A stretch of DNA of 32,000 nt from Aliivibrio fischeri ES114 (GCF_000011805.1 NC_006840.2), one strand, 5' to 3'; counted from the stretch's first letter, positions 18,970-29,587 are shown. Program-made: numbers and translations. The notes: generated by a model from the letters alone, not told the origin.

Positions 18970-19674
18970 TTATAATGTAGTGTGAACAATATAATTAACA
19001 TCTACATTCTTACCAAGAGAGTAGGTATCGGTAAGAGGGTTATAATGCAAACCGGTAATGCCACGTTCTTGTAATGCAGTTTGATCTAACATTTTTAACA
19101 GTTCAGAAGGACGAATGAACTTATTATGATCGTGTGTACCTTTTGGTACTAATTTTAATAATTGCTCTGCACCAACAATAGCAAATAAATAAGACTTGAT
19201 ATTGCGGTTCAGGGTTGAGAAGAATACGTGTCCGCCAGGTTTTACCATTTTTGCACAAGAGCGGATAACTGAAAGTGGGTCAGGTACGTGCTCAAGCATT
19301 TCCATACAGGTAACCACATCATACGTCTCAGGGTTCTCTTCAGCGTGTTGTTCGGCCGTTGATTGAACGTATTCGAGTTTGGTTCCTGTTTCTAAAGCGT
19401 GTAAGCGTGCAACAGTTAAAGGTTCTTTCCCCATATCCAAACCAATAACATCTGCCCCTTGTTTTGCCATGCTTTCAGCTAAAATCCCGCCACCACAGCC
19501 TACATCAAGTACTTTTTTACCAAAGAGGCCATTCGCGTTTTCAAGCACGTAATTTAAACGAAGAGGATTAATTTGGTGTAGAGGTTTAAATTCACCTTCT
19601 AAATCCCACCAACGTGAAGCCATATCTTCAAATTTTTTGATTTCTGCCGGGTCGACATTTAACTGCTGAGTCAT
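18970..19674 (-). CDS. ubiG: Ubiquinone biosynthesis O-methyltransferase
   Basis: [67 protein letters not shown]; next to gyrA as in enterics. Confidence 0.96.
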   Translation of the reverse strand: MTQQLNVDPAEIKKFEDMASRWWDLEGEFKPLHQINPLRLNYVLENANGLFGKKVLDVGCGGGILAESMAKQGADVIGLDMGKEPLTVARLHALETGTKLEYVQSTAEQHAEENPETYDVVTCMEMLEHVPDPLSVIRSCAKMVKPGGHVFFSTLNRNIKSYLFAIVGAEQLLKLVPKGTHDHNKFIRPSELLKMLDQTALQERGITGLHYNPLTDTYSLGKNVDVNYIVHTTL

Positions 19675-19981
19675 AGTTAATATTCCTTTTTTATATCCCT
19701 CTATTATATACAGAAAAAAATGAGAAAGTGAGTATTTAAAATGGCGATTTTTTCAGCACATTTTCTGAGGTTTATCAAGAATATGATGCTCAGGTATGTG
19801 ACTTGCTCCTGATTTCGCAGGATTCTTAAGCTTAAGAGCCATTTTGCAAATTAAAACGGTGCGAAATCCCACTTAACTGTGCTATATTTTGCAATCTTGC
19901 ACGTTTATCAGTATTAATTATCTTGGTGCATAGAAGTAGTATTATTTGCTAAGGCAATTGATATTGATACGACAGAACTAA

Positions 19982-22636
19982 TTGAGGGATATTGGCTCTA
20001 TGAGCGATCTTGCTAAAGAGATCACGCCCGTAAATATTGAAGATGAGCTTCGAGGTTCTTACCTAGACTATGCGATGTCAGTAATCGTTGGTCGTGCTCT
20101 TCCCGATGTGCGTGATGGCCTAAAACCAGTACACCGCCGCGTTTTATTCGCAATGGATGTACTAGGTAATGATTGGAATAAACCATATAAAAAATCTGCC
20201 CGTGTTGTTGGCGACGTAATCGGTAAATATCACCCTCACGGTGATAGTGCTGTTTATGACACCATCGTACGTATGGCGCAGCCGTTCTCACTACGCTATA
20301 TGCTTGTTGATGGCCAAGGTAACTTCGGTTCTATCGATGGTGACTCAGCGGCGGCGATGCGTTATACCGAAGTTCGTATGGCGAAAATCGCTCACGAATT
20401 ATTGGCTGATCTAGACAAAGAAACTGTAGATTATGTTCCTAACTATGATGGTACAGAACAGATCCCTGCAGTATTACCAACAAAGATCCCGAACCTACTT
20501 GTAAATGGTTCATCAGGTATCGCCGTTGGTATGGCAACAAACATCCCACCACACAACTTAACAGAAGTGGTAAATGGTTGTTTGGCTTTCATCGAAAATG
20601 AAGAAATCACGATCGATGAGCTAATGAACTACATTCCAGGTCCTGACTTCCCGACAGCTGCATTGATCAGTGGTCGTAAAGGCATCGTTGATGCTTATAA
20701 GACAGGTCGTGGTAAAGTTTACATGCGTTCTAAAGCTAATATCGAAGCTGACAAGAATGGTAAAGAAACCATTATTGTTACAGAGATCCCTTATCAAGTT
20801 AACAAAGCTCGCCTGATCGAAAAGATCGCTGAACTAGTTAAAGATAAGAAAGTAGAAGGCATTTCTGCACTACGTGACGAATCTGATAAAGATGGTATGC
20901 GTATTGTTATTGAATGTAAGCGTGATGCAGTAGGTGAGGTTGTTCTTAATAACCTTTACTCTCTGACTCAACTTCAAACTACATTCGGTATCAACATGGT
21001 TGCACTAGATAATGGCCAACCAAAACTTTTCAACTTGAAAGAAATGTTGAAGTGTTTCGTTGATCACCGTCGTGAAGTGGTAACTCGCCGTACTATTTTT
21101 GAATTACGCAAAGCGCGTGATCGTGCTCATATCCTTGAAGGTTTAGCACTAGCATTAGCGAACATCGATGAAATCATCGAATTGATCAAGAATGCACCAA
21201 CACCAGCAGAAGCAAAAGAAGGTCTAATCTCACGTGGTTGGGATTTAGGTAACGTTGCTTCGATGCTAGAGCGTGCTGGTACTGATGCTGCTCGTCCTGA
21301 TTGGTTAGAGCCAGAGTTTGGTATTCGTGAAGGTAAATACTTCTTAACAGAACAACAAGCTCAAGCAATCCTAGAACTTCGTCTACACCGTTTAACTGGT
21401 TTAGAGCACGAGAAGATCTTAGATGAATACAAAGCACTATTAGATGAAATCGCAGAGCTAATGCATATTCTTGCAAGCACTGAACGTCTGATGGAAGTGA
21501 TCCGTGACGAATTAGTTATGGTTCGTGACATGTACGGTGATGAGCGTCGCACTGAAATCGGTGCTGCAATCCATGACATCGACATGGAAGACTTAATCAC
21601 ACAAGAAGATGTTGTAGTAACACTTTCTCGTGAAGGTTATGTTAAGTACCAAATTCTGAGCGATTACGAAGCACAACGTCGTGGTGGTAAAGGTAAGAGT
21701 GCAACTAAGATGAAAGATGAAGATTTCATCGAACGTCTACTTGTTGCGAATACTCATGATAATATCCTTTGTTTCTCTACACGTGGTAAAGCGTATAGCT
21801 TGAAAGTATTCCAATTACCTCAAGCAAGTCGTACTGCTCGTGGTAAGCCAATCGTAAACATTCTTCCTCTAGAAGAAGGTGAGCGTATTACAGCGATTCT
21901 ACCAGTATCTGAATATTCTGAAGATAAGTTTATCTTTATGGCAACAGGTGATGGTACTGTTAAGAAAACATCACTAGATCAATTTGCAAAAGTTCGTGCA
22001 AACGGCTTAATCGCAGTAAATCTACGTGAAGATGATTCACTAATCGGTGTTGATATCACTGATGGTTCAAGTGAAATCATGCTGTTCTCTAAAGCTGGTA
22101 AAGTGGTTCGTTTCAACGAAGAACAAGTTCGTGGTATGGGCCGTACAGCTTCTGGTGTTCGTGGTATGAAACTGTCTGGTGAAGATCAGGTTGTTTCGTT
22201 AATCGTTCCTTCTAATGAAGGCGATATCTTAACAGTGACTCAAAATGGTTACGGTAAACGTACTGTTCTTTCTGAGTATCCTGCGAAGAGCCGTGCAACG
22301 CAAGGTGTTGTATCTATCAAAGTTTCTGAACGTAACGGCAGTGTTGTTGGTGCAGTTCAAGCTGAAGATGGCGATGAATTCATGATGATCACTGACGCAG
22401 GTACGCTAGTACGTACTCGTGTATCAGAAGTTAGCCAAGTGGGTCGTAATACTCAAGGTGTAACATTGATCCGTACTTCTGAAAATGAAAATGTAGTTGC
22501 ACTGCAACGCATTGATGAAGTTGAAGAAGCAGAAATCATTGAAGGTGAAGAGGGTGAAGTAACAGAGGCAACAGTAACAACTGAAGCGACTGATGCACCT
22601 CAAGCTGATACTGACGCTGAGAGCACAGAAGAATAA
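19982..22636 (+). CDS. gyrA: DNA gyrase subunit A
   Basis: [63 protein letters not shown]; acidic C-terminal tail. Confidence 0.98.
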   Translation: MRDIGSMSDLAKEITPVNIEDELRGSYLDYAMSVIVGRALPDVRDGLKPVHRRVLFAMDVLGNDWNKPYKKSARVVGDVIGKYHPHGDSAVYDTIVRMAQPFSLRYMLVDGQGNFGSIDGDSAAAMRYTEVRMAKIAHELLADLDKETVDYVPNYDGTEQIPAVLPTKIPNLLVNGSSGIAVGMATNIPPHNLTEVVNGCLAFIENEEITIDELMNYIPGPDFPTAALISGRKGIVDAYKTGRGKVYMRSKANIEADKNGKETIIVTEIPYQVNKARLIEKIAELVKDKKVEGISALRDESDKDGMRIVIECKRDAVGEVVLNNLYSLTQLQTTFGINMVALDNGQPKLFNLKEMLKCFVDHRREVVTRRTIFELRKARDRAHILEGLALALANIDEIIELIKNAPTPAEAKEGLISRGWDLGNVASMLERAGTDAARPDWLEPEFGIREGKYFLTEQQAQAILELRLHRLTGLEHEKILDEYKALLDEIAELMHILASTERLMEVIRDELVMVRDMYGDERRTEIGAAIHDIDMEDLITQEDVVVTLSREGYVKYQILSDYEAQRRGGKGKSATKMKDEDFIERLLVANTHDNILCFSTRGKAYSLKVFQLPQASRTARGKPIVNILPLEEGERITAILPVSEYSEDKFIFMATGDGTVKKTSLDQFAKVRANGLIAVNLREDDSLIGVDITDGSSEIMLFSKAGKVVRFNEEQVRGMGRTASGVRGMKLSGEDQVVSLIVPSNEGDILTVTQNGYGKRTVLSEYPAKSRATQGVVSIKVSERNGSVVGAVQAEDGDEFMMITDAGTLVRTRVSEVSQVGRNTQGVTLIRTSENENVVALQRIDEVEEAEIIEGEEGEVTEATVTTEATDAPQADTDAESTEE

Positions 22637-22657
22637 TTTATTCTGATGTTTTCAAAT

Positions 22658-22692
22658 AAAAAGCCCGCTTAGAAATAAGCGGGCTTTTTTTA
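22658..22692. terminator. Strong terminator after gyrA
   Basis: AAAAAGCCCGCTTA-GAAA-TAAGCGGGCTTTTTT, 14 bp stem, likely works in both directions. Confidence 0.9.
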
Positions 22693-22695
22693 TCA

Positions 22696-22962
22696 TTAAA
22701 AAACGTCGAAAATGCCTTGTTCTGAATATAAGTTTGATGCAATAACAAACGTTTTTTTACCGCAAGAAATACAAACAGGTGGGCCGAACCACGCAGCATA
22801 GCATTCGCCACATGAATAATGAGCATTAATTAAACGTAAATGAGTTTTATCTGGAATTACGTTTAAAGTAGGTTGTTGCAATTTAATTTGTCTTTCATCT
22901 TTTATTATTGTTTTCATACTAGCCAACTTTACGGTGTTAATAATGAGATACATAAATTTCAT
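22696..22962 (-). CDS. Small putative zinc-ribbon protein; start could be 22917
   Basis: SCGECYAAWFGPPVCISCGKK has paired CxxC motifs; ends next to gyrA terminator on opposite strand. Confidence 0.6.
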   Translation of the reverse strand: MKFMYLIINTVKLASMKTIIKDERQIKLQQPTLNVIPDKTHLRLINAHYSCGECYAAWFGPPVCISCGKKTFVIASNLYSEQGIFDVF

Positions 22963-23100
22963 TAATGAGATACCTATAAAGAAGTATGATATGATATGGC
23001 TCGTAAAACAATAATGCAGATTGTGATCTAGATTATCTTTTTTAAAATAAAAAAGAGTGCAGAAGCACCCTTTTATAAGTCATTATTTAATTTATAAATT

Positions 23101-23808
23101 TTAGCTATTGTAAGCGGCTTTTAGAGCAACAAATCGTTCAACTAAATCATCGATAGCCGTTTGATCGTAAGCCTTTAAACCCGTTGCAATCATTCGTTTA
23201 GTACCATGGCCAACTTCTTCACCGTTTTCTGTAAATTTGAAGTTTAGTTTAACAATGCCACGCTTTCCTTCAATATCCATCGTTGCACCAGTGAATTCAA
23301 CACTAGGCGTTGTAATATCTAATCGAGTAAATTCGATATCCATGCTTTCATAAATTACTAATGGGCGCTGACAATTAATCATTAATTGTTTTTCTTCCAT
23401 TAATGGAACCATGATATGAGGGAAGTTCATTCCTGAAAATTGAACATATTGTTTTACGACATGCTCAATAAACTCAGGGTTAAGATTTTTTTCACCACTA
23501 CGCTTTACGTGAAGGTACACTTTTTCATTATCGTCTGAAAGCGAATATTCACCTTGTTCTGTGTGGTTAATATGTAGTGCTGTACCGTTAGATACCATAC
23601 CTGCAAAATCGAAGTGCATTTTATTACTGATGCCAGTTTTGGATAATAAAACTGCAAATAATAAATCACCAGGAACACAGAAACGCTTAGAATCCACATC
23701 ATGAATTGGGTTAAAATCACCAGCCACTTTTTTCGCAAAATCGCTTGCTTGTTGGCGTGTGAATTCAAATGAGTTATCTGTTTCTGAAAAATATTGATTT
23801 AACTGCAT
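23101..23808 (-). CDS. DUF3581 family protein
   Basis: MQLNQYFSETDNSFEFTRQQASDFAKKVAGDFNPIHDVDSKRFCVPGDLLF as in DUF3581. Confidence 0.8.
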   Translation of the reverse strand: MQLNQYFSETDNSFEFTRQQASDFAKKVAGDFNPIHDVDSKRFCVPGDLLFAVLLSKTGISNKMHFDFAGMVSNGTALHINHTEQGEYSLSDDNEKVYLHVKRSGEKNLNPEFIEHVVKQYVQFSGMNFPHIMVPLMEEKQLMINCQRPLVIYESMDIEFTRLDITTPSVEFTGATMDIEGKRGIVKLNFKFTENGEEVGHGTKRMIATGLKAYDQTAIDDLVERFVALKAAYNS

Positions 23809-24037
23809 AATAAATTTGGTAAAAACCTAGCTAATGAAATAACTTAGCTAGTATAACCAATCTCTTCTCATCTAATGGTCTATCCAGTGCGAATAAAAGT
23901 AAAAACAATCAGTTAAACGTTTCAAAATGTAGATAAATTGACATTTACTTCACGGTTATCTCGATATAATCACAAACGAAGTACTCATATCAACCAGTGT
24001 ATTTATTGTATCTAAGGTTGGACATTAAGGTTAAAGA

Positions 24038-24586
24038 ATGAAATCGTTAATAACGGCAGGGCTAGTTTTTTCATTAATAGCATCAAGTTACAGTGCTCAG
24101 GCAGAAGAAAAGCAATCTGGAGATCTCGCTGCAGATATTGGTGCGGTTGGGATTCCTGTTATTGCAGGCTCGATAGCTTTATATAAAGAAGATTACGATG
24201 GCTTTTGGATGTTTGCTAAAGGTGCTACTTACACTTTAGCGGCAACACAAGCGTTAAAATATACGGTAAAAGAGGAGCGACCGAATGGGGAGGACAACTT
24301 AAGTTTTCCATCCGGGCATTCATCGTCTGCGTTCCAGGGTGCTTCATACTTACAGTTCCGTTATGGTTGGGAATATGGGGTTCCTGCGTATATAGGGGCG
24401 AGTTTAGTTGGATACTCACGTGTAGAGAATGAACACCATTATTGGCGTGATGTTATTGCCGGTGCGGTATTAGCGACAACCATTCAATATTTGGTTACCG
24501 ATAAGTACCTTGATTCAAATAGCGTAATGATTGCGCCAGTGATCAATGATGATCACGTTGGAATTGCAGCATCTTTCTCATTTTAA
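24038..24586 (+). CDS. PAP2-superfamily phosphatase, exported/membrane
   Basis: KYTVKEERPNGEDNLSFPSGHSSSAF ... GYSRVENEHHYWRDVIAG covers the three PAP2 motifs. Confidence 0.9.
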   Translation: MKSLITAGLVFSLIASSYSAQAEEKQSGDLAADIGAVGIPVIAGSIALYKEDYDGFWMFAKGATYTLAATQALKYTVKEERPNGEDNLSFPSGHSSSAFQGASYLQFRYGWEYGVPAYIGASLVGYSRVENEHHYWRDVIAGAVLATTIQYLVTDKYLDSNSVMIAPVINDDHVGIAASFSF

Positions 24587-24648
24587 TTGGCAAATGGTGT
24601 ACAAGCGAGTAAAATCAGCTCCCTTTTAATAATGCTAGGTGTACCACA

Positions 24649-26001
24649 ATGTTTATTGGATTTGACTACGGAACCGCTAACTGTTCAGTTGCGACCATTC
24701 AAAATAACCAAACAAAATTACTAAAACTAGAAGGGGATAACACCTTTATTCCTTCTGCGTTATGTGCACCTACTCGTGAAGCGGTTTCTGAATATTTATT
24801 TCGTATTTGGGGCGTTCAGCCAAGTACAGATATAAATGAACGCTTGCTTCACACTGCAATTTCATACAATCGTGAAGAAGATATCGATGTTGATGCTGAG
24901 TCGATGACATTTGGTCAAGCAGCATTAAATATGTACATCGAAGATCCTGAAGAAGTGTATTACGTAAAATCACCAAAATCATTTTTAGGGGTATCTGGTT
25001 TACGTGATGTACAAGTGAGTTTATTCGAAGATCTTGTTACTGCAATGATGAAAAACATCAAAAACAATGCAGAGCAAGAACTACAGCAAGATATTACGTC
25101 GACAGTAATTGGCCGCCCAATTAACTTCCAAGGCGCAGCTAGTGACGAAGCTAATGCACAAGCGATCTCAATTTTGTCACGTGCAGCAATGCGTGTGGGT
25201 TTTAAAAATATTGAGTTTCAATTTGAGCCAGTTGCGGCAGGTTTAGACTTTGAACAAACATTAACAGAAGACAAAACGGTTCTGATTGTTGATATCGGCG
25301 GTGGTACGACGGACTGTTCAATGATTCAAATGGGGCCGTCTTGGCGTGAACACCATGACAGAACGAAAGGGATCTTATCTCACAGTGGTTCTCGTATTGG
25401 TGGTAACGATTTAGACATTTACCTCGCACATCGTCAGTTTATGCCTTTACTTGGTTCACAGAGTCGAACTCATAAAGGTTTAGAATTACCGATGACGCAA
25501 TTTTGGAATCCAATTGCCATCAACAACATTGTTGCTCAGCTGGATTTCTTTGGTTTTGGTAATCGTAAACATTTAATGCAGATGCTTAATGATACTCAAG
25601 AGCCAGAAAAAGTTGCACGTTTAATTAAACTTTATGATGAAAAGTTAAGTTACAAACTGCTGCGTGATGCAGAGCAAACGAAAATAGCATTATCAGAATA
25701 CGCTGAGCAAGCGGTAGATTTAAGTTACCTTGATGAAGGTTTAACTTTGAATATTTCTCAACAATGTCTAGCAGAAGCAATTGCGAAGCCACAAGAGAAC
25801 ATTAATAAGCTGATTAAAGAAGCGATCGTTCAAGCAGGCACGACACCAGATATCATTTATGTAACTGGCGGTTCTGCTCGTTCTCCAATTCTACGTTCAG
25901 CATTACAACAGCAATTACCAAACATTGAGATTGTTGGTGGTAATTATTTTGGCTCTGTTACAGCAGGATTAGCACACTGGGCAAATTACTGTTTTGGGTA
26001 A
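24649..26001 (+). CDS. yegD: Hsp70-family molecular chaperone-like protein YegD
   Basis: MFIGFDYGTANCSVATIQNNQ, VLIVDIGGGTTDCSMIQMG, IIYVTGGSARSPILRS. Confidence 0.92.
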   Translation: MFIGFDYGTANCSVATIQNNQTKLLKLEGDNTFIPSALCAPTREAVSEYLFRIWGVQPSTDINERLLHTAISYNREEDIDVDAESMTFGQAALNMYIEDPEEVYYVKSPKSFLGVSGLRDVQVSLFEDLVTAMMKNIKNNAEQELQQDITSTVIGRPINFQGAASDEANAQAISILSRAAMRVGFKNIEFQFEPVAAGLDFEQTLTEDKTVLIVDIGGGTTDCSMIQMGPSWREHHDRTKGILSHSGSRIGGNDLDIYLAHRQFMPLLGSQSRTHKGLELPMTQFWNPIAINNIVAQLDFFGFGNRKHLMQMLNDTQEPEKVARLIKLYDEKLSYKLLRDAEQTKIALSEYAEQAVDLSYLDEGLTLNISQQCLAEAIAKPQENINKLIKEAIVQAGTTPDIIYVTGGSARSPILRSALQQQLPNIEIVGGNYFGSVTAGLAHWANYCFG

Positions 26002-26072
26002 TGAGTACTATTTTATTAATTGTTAATTTTCGAGCTGCATTGTCGCAGCTCGAATTGTATTAGGAAAAGACA

Positions 26073-26390
26073 ATGAAAACAGCACCAACAGAAATGACGT
26101 TTTTTGAGCGTTTTGAATCAGATATTTTATCGGGTAAGAAAGTGATCACGATTCGTGATGAATCAGAAAAAGATTACGTGATTGGAACAGAAGTTGAAGT
26201 TAGTACTTATGAAGATAATCGTCGTTTTTGCCGATTAGCTATCGACAATGTTGAACCAATTAATTTTGATGACCTTAATCAGTACCATGCTGAGCAAGAG
26301 AATATGACATTAGAAGAACTAAAAAATATTATCGAAGAAATTTACCCAAATAAAGGTCAACTTTACGTTATCTCTTATCATTTAGTTTAA
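26073..26390 (+). CDS. yqfB: ASCH domain N4-acetylcytidine amidohydrolase
   Basis: TFFERFESDILSGKKVITIRDESE and HAEQENMTLEELKNIIEEIYP follow E. coli YqfB. Confidence 0.9.
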   Translation: MKTAPTEMTFFERFESDILSGKKVITIRDESEKDYVIGTEVEVSTYEDNRRFCRLAIDNVEPINFDDLNQYHAEQENMTLEELKNIIEEIYPNKGQLYVISYHLV

Positions 26391-26408
26391 AGGAAATAGA
26401 GGTCAATA

Positions 26409-27491
26409 ATGGAATTATTATCTATCGACTTTTTAGGTCAGCCACTTCGTTTAGAAGGTTCAATGGCAGGTTGGCAGCAATTATTTTGGAGTAATACTCT
26501 TGTTGCTCAACACGCTGCATCGGCGGATCATAATGATCACTATCATCATGAGTTTCAGTTAACTCAAGGTGAAAAAATCATCACTTGTCAGTTAGAGGCC
26601 AAAGTGACTTGGCAACCATTTCTTATTGAATACCGCGCAATGATTGATGGTGAGTTAGTAGCAGAAGGCAGCCGTAACGAAAAAGACATTGAAAAACAGA
26701 TTCCGCATACTCCTATTAAAGCCGAGCGTAAATTCAGTTTAATAGGGTTAGTTTCATTAGGAATGAAGGCATTAAAAAGTGCCAAATTAATTAAGGTTGT
26801 TTTAGCCTCTGCAAGTCTTGCTGCATACTCGTGGTTATTCTCTATTGAATTCGCTTTATCTTTGATCGCTTGTTTAATGTTTCATGAGTATGGACATATA
26901 AAAGCGATGAAATATTTTGGAATGAAAACCAAAGGTATTTACCTTATACCATTTTTAGGCGGTTTAGCTCTGAGTGACGAGAAGATAAATACGCGATGGC
27001 AAGATGTTGTTATCTCGATTATGGGGCCATTTTTTGGCTTAATCCTTTCGCTTATTCTTATGGTGGTATATTGGATAACAGGGGAGATGTTCTTTGCTGG
27101 TCTTGCTGTATTCAATGCATTCTTAAATTTATTTAATTTATTACCAATACTCCCACTAGATGGTGGGCACGTTTTAAAAAGTATTAGCTTTTCAATGAAC
27201 AGTAAGCTTGGTATTTTTTTATGTGCATTAGCAGCTGTTAGTGGTGTCATATTAAGTTACTATTTAGGCCTAGCGCTGTTTGGTTTTTTACTTATCATGG
27301 GTAGTTTAGAAATAGTATTTGAATGGCGAGCTCGTCATCACAGTCATTTATTGCCACTGGATCGATACGGACAAATTATTTCATCGGTTTGGTATATAGG
27401 ATTAGTGAGTTCATTAATTGGCATTATTTGGTATTTTGCAAGTAGCGGTGATGCTTTGTTGCAATTACCTATGCAAATATTAGGAACTTAA
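26409..27491 (+). CDS. Site-2 protease family (M50) membrane metallopeptidase
   Basis: HEYGHIKAMKYFG (HExxH) and LPLDGGH with multiple transmembrane segments. Confidence 0.88.
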   Translation: MELLSIDFLGQPLRLEGSMAGWQQLFWSNTLVAQHAASADHNDHYHHEFQLTQGEKIITCQLEAKVTWQPFLIEYRAMIDGELVAEGSRNEKDIEKQIPHTPIKAERKFSLIGLVSLGMKALKSAKLIKVVLASASLAAYSWLFSIEFALSLIACLMFHEYGHIKAMKYFGMKTKGIYLIPFLGGLALSDEKINTRWQDVVISIMGPFFGLILSLILMVVYWITGEMFFAGLAVFNAFLNLFNLLPILPLDGGHVLKSISFSMNSKLGIFLCALAAVSGVILSYYLGLALFGFLLIMGSLEIVFEWRARHHSHLLPLDRYGQIISSVWYIGLVSSLIGIIWYFASSGDALLQLPMQILGT

Positions 27492-27540
27492 TCTCTAAAA
27501 TTAAGATTATTAGCTCTTAATAGCTAAAAGGAATTTACGG

Positions 27541-28287
27541 ATGTTTAAAAAATTAAAAGCGTCTCTTGGCATTGGTGCCGCAAAAGTGGATACCATTTTA
27601 GAAAATCCAGAGCTTTTCCAAGGGGATAAGCTTATCGGTGCCGTTCATATTCAAGGTGGCGATATAGAGCAGAAAATTGATGCTATTCATATCAAGCTGA
27701 ACACAGAGATTAAAATTGAAAATGATAATGGTGTGAGTTATCAAACATTCACTCTATTTCATACACAAGCGGTTAATCCATTTGTTATCCAAGCTGGTGA
27801 ACAAAAGAAATTACCATTTACTATTAAGTTACCTGACGAAACGCCAATTACGGCATTAAATGTTCGTAATAACCATTGTGACGTGTGGGTTGAGACGGTA
27901 TTGGATATTGATTTTGCATTAGATCCAACAGATCGAGATTTACTAATAGTAAAACCGTTACCTGTCGCTGGAGCGATTATTCAACAAGTTGAGCAAGCTG
28001 GCTTTAACATGGTAAAAGCAGATGTTGAGAAGGGCTTTTTAAATGGAGGTCACTTCAAGTCTCATTCTGGTTGTTACCAAGAAATTGAATTTAGAAGTAG
28101 CGGCTTTATTAATAAGAAAGAAATTGAATTGTCATTTATTTTGGATGGCAGTGTTCTCCATTGCTTAGCGGAAGTTGACCGTTCTCTTGGTTTTAATCGT
28201 GGTGATCAATATATTTCATTCTCTTTAGGTCTAAATGCCTCAAGTGCTGAAATAAATAATGCTGTTCAGCGAATTTTACGTGTATAA
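27541..28287 (+). CDS. Sporulation control protein Spo0M-like (arrestin fold)
   Basis: MFKKLKASLGIGAAKVDTILENPELFQGDKLIGAVHIQGGDIEQKIDAIHIKLNTE is typical Spo0M. Confidence 0.88.
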   Translation: MFKKLKASLGIGAAKVDTILENPELFQGDKLIGAVHIQGGDIEQKIDAIHIKLNTEIKIENDNGVSYQTFTLFHTQAVNPFVIQAGEQKKLPFTIKLPDETPITALNVRNNHCDVWVETVLDIDFALDPTDRDLLIVKPLPVAGAIIQQVEQAGFNMVKADVEKGFLNGGHFKSHSGCYQEIEFRSSGFINKKEIELSFILDGSVLHCLAEVDRSLGFNRGDQYISFSLGLNASSAEINNAVQRILRV

Positions 28288-28328
28288 ATTCTGATGAAAT
28301 AAGCATTAAGTAGAATGATTAAATGAAA

Positions 28329-28357
28329 ATAAAGCTCTCTAATTTAGAGAGCTTTAT
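28329..28357. terminator. Hairpin between convergent genes
   Basis: ATAAAGCTCTCTA-ATT-TAGAGAGCTTTAT 13 bp inverted repeat. Confidence 0.6.
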
Positions 28358-28362
28358 GTATT

Positions 28363-28653
28363 TTAAGCTTCGATAGCATCATAAAATGTTATTTTAGGCT
28401 CTTCTTCCAATAGTCCATCTAGATTGGCAATCAAATCAGTAAAGTGCGTCTCTTTGCAATGTGAATCGAACGCATCCTTATCACTAAATTGTTCTTGAAA
28501 TAAAAACTTACGACTATCTGATTGGTCTTGAAATAAACAATAGCGAATACAGCCTTTTTCGTTACGAGTAGGAGCTAATATTGCTGTTAGCAGTTGATAT
28601 AATGCGTCTTCTTTTCCCATCTTAGCGCAGAATTGTGCAGTCAAGTGAATCAT
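28363..28653 (-). CDS. Antibiotic biosynthesis monooxygenase (ABM) family / putative quinol monooxygenase
   Basis: MIHLTAQFCAKMGKEDALYQLL ... RNEKGCIRYCLFQDQSDSRKFLFQEQFSDKDAFDSH ... H. Confidence 0.85.
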   Translation of the reverse strand: MIHLTAQFCAKMGKEDALYQLLTAILAPTRNEKGCIRYCLFQDQSDSRKFLFQEQFSDKDAFDSHCKETHFTDLIANLDGLLEEEPKITFYDAIEA

Positions 28654-28674
28654 TTTATATCTCCGATTTATTTA

Positions 28675-29070
28675 TTATAAGTAACGCCCAGCTCGTTGAA
28701 TAAATTCAATCTTGTAGCCGTCAGGGTCAGTAACGAAAAAGAACGTCGCTAATAGCACGCCTTCATGGTCAAATGATTTAATATCCGAAGTGTTAATACC
28801 GTATGTATTTAGGTGCTTATGTGTTGTATGAATACAATCAACACTCACCGCAATGTGTCCATAGCCATTACCGTGAATATAGGGTTCGTGTTGGTCGTGA
28901 TTATGAGTCAATTCGATTTCGAATCCTGTTTCAGAATTAGCAAGGTAGGTCAGTGAAAAATTATCAAAACGATATTGATTAACGATCTCTAGCTCTAGTG
29001 CATCACGGTAGAATTTGATGGAGGCAGGCAAGTCATGCACTCTCACCATGCTATGTATTAGTTTTGTCAT
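28675..29070 (-). CDS. VOC/glyoxalase-fold protein (lactoylglutathione lyase-like)
   Basis: HSMVRVHDLPASIKFYRDAL, FEIELTHN, GYGHIAVSVD, FFVTDPDGYKIEFIQR. Confidence 0.88.
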   Translation of the reverse strand: MTKLIHSMVRVHDLPASIKFYRDALELEIVNQYRFDNFSLTYLANSETGFEIELTHNHDQHEPYIHGNGYGHIAVSVDCIHTTHKHLNTYGINTSDIKSFDHEGVLLATFFFVTDPDGYKIEFIQRAGRYL

Positions 29071-29169
29071 GGGTTCTCCTTGTGAACGAGAACATCATAA
29101 TGAGAGTTGAAAGTAGGGTGGTAGTACGTGAGTACGACAAATAACAAATCTATTAAAATGAATGTGTCA

Positions 29170-29460
29170 TTAAAGAGTTGAGAGTGTTTCTTGTGGCTTA
29201 CGTGAATAAATTAAACAAGCACAGCGAAGTAACGAAGCAAAATTAGTGACCTCTCCGTTATGCTCTAATGCCTCTTTGTATATTGTAGAAATAAAACGAG
29301 GGACGCTTAAACCTTGGTACTCAGCGATTTCTTCAAGTGTTTCCCAAAAGCTGGCTTCTAGTTTTACACTGGTAGCATGACCATCAATTCGAATAGAGCG
29401 AGTGATGAATCGGTAGTTTTCAGTTGGCTGATGAGCAAATATTTCACACATAAATATCAT
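29170..29460 (-). CDS. Ribbon-helix-helix domain protein
   Basis: TRSIRIDGHATSVKLEASFWETLEEIAEYQGLSVPRFISTIYKEA matches the RHH_4-type pattern. Confidence 0.78.
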   Translation of the reverse strand: MIFMCEIFAHQPTENYRFITRSIRIDGHATSVKLEASFWETLEEIAEYQGLSVPRFISTIYKEALEHNGEVTNFASLLRCACLIYSRKPQETLSTL

Positions 29461-29551
29461 AGGTCTGTTGAGTTATTGCATTATTCTGTATGGAAATGAA
29501 GCGAGAATCAAATAACTGGGAAATATCATTTTTGTGATCTTGATTCTTTTT

Positions 29552-29580
29552 TTGCATTAATGAGTTAAGAAACGTACAAT
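29552..29580 (+). promoter_or_regulatory. Sigma70-type promoter for thrS
   Basis: TTGCAT - 17 bp - TACAAT; predicted start just before the leader hairpins. Confidence 0.7.
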
Positions 29581-29587
29581 AGCGCTC

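Noticed and set aside
20022-21600. Minus-strand ORFs inside gyrA
   Set aside because: Antisense to an essential conserved gene; chance open frames.
22638-22826. Plus-strand 62-aa ORF after gyrA
   Set aside because: Contains the gyrA terminator hairpin and overlaps the zinc-ribbon ORF; translation has no motif.
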